DNA of 64,000 nucleotides from contig CAWBPL010000002.1 in NCBI GenBank assembly GCA_963790805.1, forward strand, positions 1,020,860 to 1,084,859. Direction: 5' to 3'. The notes under the pieces are model-generated. The model was not told where the DNA came from. It did no database searches and saw only the letters and a program-made list of their open reading frames with translations. Made by a program: the position numbers and the translations under genes. This DNA comes from Candidatus Gottesmanbacteria bacterium. Its GTDB lineage: Bacteria > Patescibacteriota > Microgenomatia > UBA10105 > UBA927. Positions within the stretch are counted from its first letter, which is position 1; the number at the start of each line of letters is the position of its first letter. Below are positions 58,293 to 64,000 of the stretch, piece by piece.

Positions 58293-58853
58293 ATGGCAAT
58301 ATCAAAAGAGGCACTTGAACTTAGCAAAACATTGAATATTCCGGGAAAACTGATCGCCGAAAACGAAGCATTAGTTTTTGAAGTTCAAGGTAAATTCGGT
58401 CCAGAAGCGTGGCATGTCTATCAAAATTTAGATCTAGCAACAATCTTACGATATCAAGAATTAACTCAAAAGGTAGCTGCCCGCATTGATAATACCCCCG
58501 GCGTTATACAGACCTCGGACGGATTGTTACAATATCAATTTACGTGGAAAGTAATACCAATTGATCATGTGACCATACATAATAATCACACAGTCGCAAT
58601 TTCGAAATTTATTTATGGTGATACAATATCGGAAATATTACTTAGCAGGTCAACGAGACACCCACTTCAACAGCTTGAAAATCATGAGCATGGTATTGTG
58701 AACAGAACGTTTAGGGAATTTTGCCGTAAATTAAATACTGATCTCGGAACGACAAATGCTTGGTTTACCGCAGTTAATACAAAACCAGTTAGTAGAGAAA
58801 TTGATGTGACAGACGTGAGTTCATCTGTTCAAGATCTTGCTTTAGCAGCATAA
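58293..58853 (+). CDS. Hypothetical protein (186 aa), orphan-like
   Basis: The only long plus-strand ORF in a minus-strand neighbourhood, and AT-richer than its flanks. TGATATAAT lies about 10 nt upstream of the ATG and no SD is present. Confidence 0.45.
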   Translation: MAISKEALELSKTLNIPGKLIAENEALVFEVQGKFGPEAWHVYQNLDLATILRYQELTQKVAARIDNTPGVIQTSDGLLQYQFTWKVIPIDHVTIHNNHTVAISKFIYGDTISEILLSRSTRHPLQQLENHEHGIVNRTFREFCRKLNTDLGTTNAWFTAVNTKPVSREIDVTDVSSSVQDLALAA

Positions 58854-58975
58854 TCGGTATCTTATGATACTATCGGTCGTTCATCAATAGCGTATTGTTC
58901 CAACAAGCTATTCTTACATTTGTTAGGTAATAATTTATAAAAGATCCCCACACCACACAGAACGCATCGAAATTG

Positions 58976-58996
58976 TTGTGCTCCCGAGAGGACTTG
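58976..58996. repeat. 21-nt exact direct repeat of the tRNA-Leu 3' end (second copy at 59062-59082)
   Basis: TTGTGCTCCCGAGAGGACTTG occurs at 58976-58996 and 59062-59082. The latter spans the T-arm 3' half, the acceptor 3' strand and 3 nt beyond the tRNA. Confidence 0.85.
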
Positions 58997-59064
58997 TCCC
59001 CTTCGGGTATCCTGCACACTAAGCCAAATCGGAGATTTGGCAAGTGCTGCAGTAAACCTCTTTG

Positions 59065-59146
59065 TGCTCCCGAGAGGACTTGAACCTCTAATCCTTACGG
59101 AACAGGTTCCTAAAACCTGCGCGTATACCAATTCCGCCACGGGAGC
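59065..59146 (-). tRNA. tRNA-Leu (anticodon TAG), type II with long variable arm
   Basis: Acceptor GCTCCCG/CGGGAGC, D region GCGGAATTGGTATACGC, anticodon stem CAGGT/ACCTG with loop TTTAGGA, variable arm TTCCGTAAGGATT, T arm AGAGG-TTCAAGT-CCTCT. Confidence 0.9.
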
Positions 59147-59193
59147 GAAATCACTCAGTCAATTATATCGCGTGGGTACGTGTTTCGCGAGCT

Positions 59194-59754
59194 TTAGATA
59201 GTAACGTTTAGGTAATGGGGGTCGGTCGGTATAAACGCGTTTATTTTATCGATAAAAAACTGGACATGGGTTGCCCACGAATCACCGTTGGCAGCATAAA
59301 TCCAGCCAATGTCGTTGAGGTTTTTTGCCCCGTGATCGAAATAATTGGTTCGAAGGCCTTTGGAAACCTGCACTATGCCGTCTGACCAGTCTTTGAAATG
59401 AACGCCGTCATCGGTTCCGGTGCAGACGCCCCATCCCCACGCGTTAAAGGAACCTTTCGGGATATTTTGACCAAACGTGGATTCCGTACCGGCAATGGCA
59501 ACGACCAGTTTCCAGTCAATGTTATTCCGGTCGGCTTCCGTAACAAACGTTTTGGCTTCCCCCTCAAGCGGTGAATTATATGCATGAAGAAACGCGCGAA
59601 GCGTTTGTACGCGGTTGTCGGTTTCAATCGCAGTCCCTGCCGTAAGTTGCGCTGTGTCTACTTGCTGCACGTCAGACGCTTCCGCTTGTTTGGCAAGTGC
59701 GCTGAAACAAAGAATAACGAGAGCGCTTACGATAATAGTTCGTATGTTTTTCAT
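59194..59754 (-). CDS. Secreted GH73/glucosaminidase-like peptidoglycan hydrolase
   Basis: Signal peptide, then LVVAIAGTESTFGQ...FNAWGWG (catalytic Glu-Ser motif and N..FG-type motif). It is a paralog of 60100..60696. Confidence 0.6.
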   Translation of the reverse strand: MKNIRTIIVSALVILCFSALAKQAEASDVQQVDTAQLTAGTAIETDNRVQTLRAFLHAYNSPLEGEAKTFVTEADRNNIDWKLVVAIAGTESTFGQNIPKGSFNAWGWGVCTGTDDGVHFKDWSDGIVQVSKGLRTNYFDHGAKNLNDIGWIYAANGDSWATHVQFFIDKINAFIPTDPHYLNVTI

Positions 59755-59916
59755 AATGCTCCTACATCACCTTGGTCCGCCGGCTGGCGGATCGAGGCGA
59801 GGTATGAGGCAGAGGCAAGAAGAAAAAATATGATTTTAAGCGGTCATCCCTCCGGCGGAAAGCGCCTGCGGGATCGTTGCCAGTAAGCCTCGCCTAACGG
59901 CATTGGCAACTGTGCA

Positions 59917-59961
59917 ACAAAAAATCCTAAAGCAGATAAGATTAGTCATCTACCTTAGGAT
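59917..59961 (-). terminator. Intrinsic terminator after the upstream hydrolase paralog
   Basis: On the minus strand: ATCCTAAGG-[22 nt]-CTTTAGGAT followed by TTTTTTG. Confidence 0.5.
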
Positions 59962-60099
59962 CTAATCGGGCAGTATATACTAGTTAAAACACTTTGTCAA
60001 GTATTATGGGATAACTAAGCAAGGTAAAGTATTTTAATTACAGCGTATAGACAAAACGGGAAAAAAGATCGAGGCTAGCTTGAGGCTAAACAAAAAAGC

Positions 60100-60696
60100 C
60101 TATATTACGGAGTTCATAAAACCCTGCACGCAGTTTGTCCATGAATATCCGTTCTCAACGGAAGGAGGAGCCCAGATAGCGCCGATGTCGTGAAGATCAT
60201 AAAATCCCCTATCGTGGTAATTTTCTTTAATATATTTTGTTACCCACTGGATTGCTTCAACCCAGCTGCCGAACTTTTTCCCTGATAAAGTACCCGTATA
60301 CACAGCAATTCCGAACGGATTATAGGAGTCATGAGATGGGACGTGTTTGCCAAGGTTCGATTCGCACATGGCAATAGCTGCCGGCAGACGGTAATCTAAG
60401 CCGTTTTTGTCAGACTCTGATACCATGATATCCGCAAACGGTGTTAACGGCGATTGATATTTTGCAAGGAATTGCTGAAGCAGGAGGACGCGCGCGTCGC
60501 CCGCGATAATTGTCGCGTTTAACACCCGTGATGTGCCGCTTGCTGCTGTCAGTTGAAAACTTGTTTGCTGGGGAGCACTTGCGCTTAAGCGCTCCTTGTT
60601 CATTTTGGACATTGAGACCAGCATTGAGAGATTTATAACGAGCATGATAAACGTAACAGGAAACCACGCAACAAAAAATACTCGTTTCAAGCTCAT
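60100..60696 (-). CDS. Membrane-anchored GH73/glucosaminidase-like peptidoglycan hydrolase (paralog)
   Basis: TM anchor, then LPAAIAMCESNLGKHVPSHDSYNPFGI. The start is set at the internal Met (MSLKRVFF). Confidence 0.6.
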   Translation of the reverse strand: MSLKRVFFVAWFPVTFIMLVINLSMLVSMSKMNKERLSASAPQQTSFQLTAASGTSRVLNATIIAGDARVLLLQQFLAKYQSPLTPFADIMVSESDKNGLDYRLPAAIAMCESNLGKHVPSHDSYNPFGIAVYTGTLSGKKFGSWVEAIQWVTKYIKENYHDRGFYDLHDIGAIWAPPSVENGYSWTNCVQGFMNSVI

Positions 60697-60764
60697 AAAT
60701 TTATAGTGCCATAGGACGTTCCTCTCTGTCAACGGAATAAACCCATACAAACTATTGCAAAGGA

Positions 60765-61022
60765 CTACAAGGTAATTGGGTTTGATCGGATTAATCTCTC
60801 TTTTGCGGTACGCGCTAATTTTTTAATTTGTGCTTCCCTTTTTAGGGCACTACTGCGTGAATCAGCAGATTCTTGGTACACTAATATGACGGGGCGTTTT
60901 GCACGGGTGTATTTTGCACCACCTGTCGTATTGTTGTGTTGTTGTAGTCTTCGCTTAAGGTCAGTGGTTATACCGGTATAGAGAGAATCATCGGCGCATT
61001 TCAGCATGTATATAAACCACAT
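60765..61022 (-). CDS. GIY-YIG domain protein (UPF0213/YhbQ-like small nuclease)
   Basis: MWFIYMLKCADDSLYTGITTDLKRRLQQHN..GGAKYTR. The longer ORF-track version (to 61190) runs through two tRNA genes and was trimmed. Confidence 0.8.
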   Translation of the reverse strand: MWFIYMLKCADDSLYTGITTDLKRRLQQHNNTTGGAKYTRAKRPVILVYQESADSRSSALKREAQIKKLARTAKERLIRSNPITL

Positions 61023-61051
61023 AATTGAAGTATGTCGATATAATCTTTGTG

Positions 61052-61123
61052 TGAGCGCGCAGAGATTCGGACTCTGAACCGATTGCTTAAGAGGCAATTG
61101 CTCTACCGTTGAGCTACGCGCCC
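61052..61123 (-). tRNA. tRNA-Lys (anticodon CTT) with an atypical T-loop
   Basis: Acceptor GGGCGCG/CGCGCTC (one G-U pair), D arm GCTC-AACGGTA-GAGC, anticodon stem ATTGC/GCAAT with loop CTCTTAA, T arm CAGAG-TCCGAAT-CTCTG. Position 55 reads C, not U. Confidence 0.75.
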
Positions 61124-61131
61124 ATTCTCGG

Positions 61132-61204
61132 CGCGCCTGGAGGGATTTGAACCCCCGACCCTCTGTTCCGAAGACAGATGCTCTATCCACTGAGCTACAG
61201 GCGC
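61132..61204 (-). tRNA. tRNA-Arg (anticodon TCG)
   Basis: Acceptor GCGCCTG/CAGGCGC, D arm GCTC-AGTGGATA-GAGC, anticodon stem TCTGT/ACAGA with loop CTTCGGA, T-loop TTCAAAT. It lies 8 nt upstream of tRNA-Lys. Confidence 0.9.
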
Positions 61205-61250
61205 AACTTTGGTAATTATATCAGATTGAGGAGTTTTTGAAGATTACAGG

Positions 61251-62870
61251 TCACACTATTTCGTCTTTTTTCGTGCGCACGAAACGGATCCATTCTTCGA
61301 CAACTTCAAAAATGACTTTGAGCGGCGCTTCAAGAATAAAATCAAAGATAAATATAAAAACATTCAATTTGGCAATTTCACGGGAGAGGAATTGACCTGC
61401 CTGTAAAACCGGCAAAAGGAAAAAGTCCATAACCGGCTCAAGAAGCCCCTGCCGTTCAATCATTTCGTATTCTTTGGCTGAAACGCGTATGCGGTAGGCA
61501 AAAAAAGATACCAGTGCGATGAAAAAGACAAAGATAATTTTACTGACGATGCTGAAGTTGAGTGCGCTCAATGCTATATTGATAAGGCCGAACGTGATGA
61601 CAAATGTCGCAAGGTAAATAAAGTAAAAGCCTGCCGAAAGAACGGGCCGGCGGATTTTCGGTTTTTCATTAAACGTATCTTTTTCTGTTTTGATATCATC
61701 GAAATGATAGATGAGTTTGTGGACGCGGTCGATAAGACGGCGCGTATTGTCGGCTCCAGGCACGCTGAAAAGTCCCGCGATGAGAAATAACATAAGCGGC
61801 GGGAATACGACGTTGATGATAAGCGGGAGGGGTGTCAATCTCTTTAAGACATAGATGTCGTATGGAGCTTCAAGCGCTAATGCAAAGACCATCTTGGTAA
61901 GAAATATGTATATGATGCTTCGAACGACCGCACGGCGCACTTTCTGGCCGGTTTCGTTATAGCGCTGTACGGTAAGTTCCGTGAGTTTTTCGTCCAGCTT
62001 TTCGGGATTCTCAATATAATTTTTTACCTCAGGGCCTGTTTCAAAGAATAAATCCCGCAACAGGAGAAACGGCGGGACCTGGCTTCGCAAATACCGGAAT
62101 ACCGGTCCGGTAAGCGGATGGTTGAGCGTCGTACGTATTGTATGGGCGGCCTTCACGAATCCTCCGATGTCGTTTGTTCTCACTTCTTTCGTATTGTTTG
62201 TCCAGTCCGGCAACAGGAGCGTCGTTAAATGAAATGCGATAAGCGCATCGTCGGACTGCATATATGCCCGCTCTGACGCCACGAGGGTAATTAGATTGGT
62301 TTGCTGTTCGTCAACCCCGACAAGCTTAATTTTGGGTCGCAGGGCCTGATAAAAAAAGTATAAAAGTGCTTGGCGTTTCGTAGCAGGCACGATCGCTTCT
62401 TCAATTTCAGCAGAGGCGACGCCCAAGACATAATCCCACGGGATATCCGATTGTCCGGCGGTTATGGATTTTCGGATAACGAGATATTTATCGATGATAA
62501 ATGTAAGCTCGGCTATTTTTGCTTCATCAACAAATGAGCTGTCAATATATTTAGCCCACAAAAGCTCTGTGACCAGATTTTCAGCGACTGATCCGGCTGC
62601 TCCATTTAAAATGATCCGTCGTTTGAGTATGCGCTCTATCGCAGCTCTCCTAATCAAGTGCTCAGCGCGAAACTCGACTGCGTTTCGTACTTTTTCAAAA
62701 ATAACTGCAAGGACGGATACGGTGCGGCTTACGTTGTAACCGATACCGGTTTTTCCGACAACCGTGCCTTCACTATACGTGGCGATAAGATCGGTGACAA
62801 TCGGGGCAAGTGATGGCATAGATGGACTCAGTTTCTGATCGTTTGACTCGATTGGTTTAATGTCGTTCAT
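61251..62870 (-). CDS. Hypothetical protein with a large soluble N-terminal region and a polytopic C-terminal half
   Basis: 539-aa ORF with about 5-6 TM helices in the last 220 aa. I cannot name a family securely. Confidence 0.5.
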   Translation of the reverse strand: MNDIKPIESNDQKLSPSMPSLAPIVTDLIATYSEGTVVGKTGIGYNVSRTVSVLAVIFEKVRNAVEFRAEHLIRRAAIERILKRRIILNGAAGSVAENLVTELLWAKYIDSSFVDEAKIAELTFIIDKYLVIRKSITAGQSDIPWDYVLGVASAEIEEAIVPATKRQALLYFFYQALRPKIKLVGVDEQQTNLITLVASERAYMQSDDALIAFHLTTLLLPDWTNNTKEVRTNDIGGFVKAAHTIRTTLNHPLTGPVFRYLRSQVPPFLLLRDLFFETGPEVKNYIENPEKLDEKLTELTVQRYNETGQKVRRAVVRSIIYIFLTKMVFALALEAPYDIYVLKRLTPLPLIINVVFPPLMLFLIAGLFSVPGADNTRRLIDRVHKLIYHFDDIKTEKDTFNEKPKIRRPVLSAGFYFIYLATFVITFGLINIALSALNFSIVSKIIFVFFIALVSFFAYRIRVSAKEYEMIERQGLLEPVMDFFLLPVLQAGQFLSREIAKLNVFIFIFDFILEAPLKVIFEVVEEWIRFVRTKKDEIV

Positions 62871-62997
62871 GCGCCTTTTTAATAAATAATTTCAGTTTCT
62901 TCCCGTTTAAGTATAACAAATTATCGGTAAATATCCTAAGGATAGCCACTGAAATAGAGGGTTATTGACTGTTTTATCACATAAGACGTACTATTAA

Positions 62998-63181
62998 GGT
63001 ATCCTTCGGGGTAAGGTGCAAGTCCTAATCGGTGGTATAACCCACGAGCTGCGATTATATCAAGGCACGATCAAGTGTAATTCTTGAGTCGACCGTAGAG
63101 TCGGGATGCAAGAAGGAAGCCATGAACCATTGAGTTGGTTTTATGGATTTAATACCCCGAAAAAGAAAGGGGTATTTTTTT
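62998..63181 (+). ncRNA. FMN riboswitch (RFN element) with a terminator expression platform
   Basis: Block-by-block match to the RFN consensus:
- CCTTCGGGGTAAGGTGCAAGTCC matches tCTtCgGGGcaGGGTGaaAtTCCC.
- CGGTGGTA matches GGCGGTA.
- AACCCACGAGC matches AGCCCGCGAGC.
- GATCAAGTGTAATTCTTGAGTCGACCGT matches GAttcaGTGaaAtTCtgaaGCCGACaGT.
- AGTCGGGATGCAAGAAGG matches AGTCTGGATGggAGAAGa.

P1 is TCCTTC (63002-63007) paired with GAAGGA (63112-63117). Confidence 0.75.
63152..63181 (+). terminator. Riboswitch-controlled intrinsic terminator that also covers the SD
   Basis: ATACCCC-GAAAAAGAAA-GGGGTAT followed by T6, directly abutting the ATG at 63182. Confidence 0.7.
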
Positions 63182-63754
63182 ATGAAAAAATTATCTACAC
63201 GACAACTGGCGCTTTGCGCCGCACTTGCAGCCATATCCGCAACGGTGCAACTTATCCATATCGGGTACATGTCGCCGCAATGGGGCATGTGGATTGATGT
63301 TGTGTCAGTAAGCTGGATTGTAGCGTATTTTCTTTTTGGTTTTCATGCGTCCCTGTTGGTGTCTCTGGTGGGCGCTCTTATCATAACGCTGTTTGCGCCG
63401 GAAACTTGGCTGGGGGCTTCCATGAAGTTTGTGGCCACGATACCCGTAATACTCAGTTTGTTTGTGTGGGCTGGAATTCAAAAGAAATCGCCGGATTTCT
63501 ACGCAAAACCGAAGAATCTTATTATTCCACTTTTAACCGGCATGTTTCTGCGCTGTCTTCTGGTTATACCGCTCAATTATTACTACGCCATACCCATCTG
63601 GACAGGTATGACGACAGCGGCGGCGATGAAAGCAATTCCTTGGTTTGTCATTGCCGGATTTAATATTGTCCAGTCGCTGATTGACGTCTTCTTGGCGTGG
63701 ATTATCGTGTACCGGTTTAACCTCAAGAGGTTCAAAACGGTCACGACAACCTAA
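63182..63754 (+). CDS. ribU: ECF-transporter substrate-specific (S) component, probably riboflavin (RibU-like)
   Basis: 190-aa protein with 5-6 TM segments, located directly behind an FMN riboswitch and directly before an ECF ATPase. The start was moved from 63143 to the Met after the terminator. Substrate is inferred from the riboswitch. Confidence 0.6.
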   Translation: MKKLSTRQLALCAALAAISATVQLIHIGYMSPQWGMWIDVVSVSWIVAYFLFGFHASLLVSLVGALIITLFAPETWLGASMKFVATIPVILSLFVWAGIQKKSPDFYAKPKNLIIPLLTGMFLRCLLVIPLNYYYAIPIWTGMTTAAAMKAIPWFVIAGFNIVQSLIDVFLAWIIVYRFNLKRFKTVTTT

Positions 63755-63757
63755 AAT

Positions 63758-64000
63758 ATGAATTCCGGCATTTCTTTCCAGAACGTGTCGTTTCATTATC
63801 CGGAAAAAGAAGATGTCCTTCATGCCGTTCATTTTGATATACCGGCGGGCTCGTTTTTCGGTATTACGGGAGTGAACGGCTCGGGAAAAAGTACTCTTTC
63901 GTATTGTATGAACGGGCTTATCCCCCACTCGGTTCCGGGTGTTTTAAGCGGTACGGTTTTTGTTGGCGGCATTGACACCAAAACAAAAAGCGTGTCGTAT
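63758..64000 (+). CDS. ecfA: ECF-transporter ATPase (EcfA/CbiO family), 5' fragment running off the window
   Basis: My translation is MNSGISFQNVSFHYPEKEDVLHAVHFDIPAGSFFGITGVNGSGKSTLSYCMNGLIP.., with Walker A GVNGSGKST. Confidence 0.85.
   Translation, partial: MNSGISFQNVSFHYPEKEDVLHAVHFDIPAGSFFGITGVNGSGKSTLSYCMNGLIPHSVPGVLSGTVFVGGIDTKTKSVSY

Noticed and set aside
58862-59140. 92-aa minus-strand ORF
   Set aside because: It runs straight through tRNA-Leu and its 3'-end duplicate. The 'protein' is a translation of tRNA sequence.
59755-59916. c-di-AMP (ydaO) riboswitch upstream of the peptidoglycan hydrolase
   Set aside because: The conserved ydaO blocks (GGGGA..CCCA, GGGGUGAAUC, ACCCGAAUCCG.CAGCUAACC) are absent. 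The region is kept only as an unclassified structured leader.
61023-61190. N-terminal 56 aa of track ORF 60765..61190
   Set aside because: This part translates tRNA-Lys and tRNA-Arg (for example GFKSLQ from the T-arm). The GIY-YIG domain starts at the Met at 61022.
62940-63130. Cobalamin riboswitch, my first impression from GCCACTG and GGTGCAAGTCC
   Set aside because: The element order does not fit the B12 consensus and there is no convincing B12 box. The same region matches the FMN/RFN consensus in all conserved blocks and in the correct order.

Overview
This is a gene-dense window with about 65 coding genes, 4 tRNAs and 1 riboswitch. The content looks like a reduced, monoderm-type bacterium of the Candidate Phyla Radiation / Patescibacteria kind. 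That placement is an inference from gene content: short housekeeping proteins, a secretin-less type IV pilus, sortase substrates, and Thr/Pro linkers on secreted proteins. Layout, left to right:

- **1-5.9 kb:** gyrB, a membrane H+-pyrophosphatase and gyrA on the minus strand (gyrA runs off the window edge and is missing from the ORF track), followed by gpmA and holB.
- **6.0-21.3 kb:** a complete type IV pilus locus (pilB, pilT, pilC, major pilin, pilD, five more pilin-like genes, a PilX-like gene, pilM/N/O). Two large GT-C-type membrane glycosyltransferase-like genes (DUF2723/TMEM260-like and YfhO-like) sit between the major pilin and pilD.
- **21.3-37.6 kb:** minus-strand housekeeping genes: trmD, a KH protein, rpsP, rnc, nusB, rpmF, recG, tyrS, coaBC, pheT, pheS, rplT, rpmI, infC and thrS. 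PBP1A is on the plus strand.
- **37.8-43.6 kb:** a same-strand cell-surface module. It holds a sortase, an LAATG-anchored Thr/Pro- and Cys-rich protein, a membrane methyltransferase, a 758-aa repeat protein and a 120-aa secreted repeat protein. I consider this the best candidate for an undescribed system: a sortase-coupled surface fibre, analogous to chaplins or curli.
- **44.0-55.0 kb:** a clan GH-A hydrolase, then a visibly AT-rich surface-glycan cluster (flippase, TupA-like ATP-grasp, three GT4, one GT2, a 764-aa polytopic protein). The cluster is headed by an unannotated 59-aa HTH gene and is next to tRNA-Val.
- **55.2-64 kb:** a trigger factor without a PPIase domain, secreted and hypothetical proteins, and tRNA-Leu with a 21-nt duplicate of its 3' end. 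Then come two GH73-like hydrolase paralogs, a GIY-YIG gene, tRNA-Lys, tRNA-Arg, and an FMN riboswitch in front of an ECF riboflavin-type transporter.

Three conserved genes (trmD twice, rpsP once, DUF2723 once) are broken by 1-nt indels in short homopolymer runs. This most likely reflects assembly error.

No CRISPR array, integrase, transposase or recognisable defence system was seen. All family assignments come from motif recognition by eye; no searches were run.
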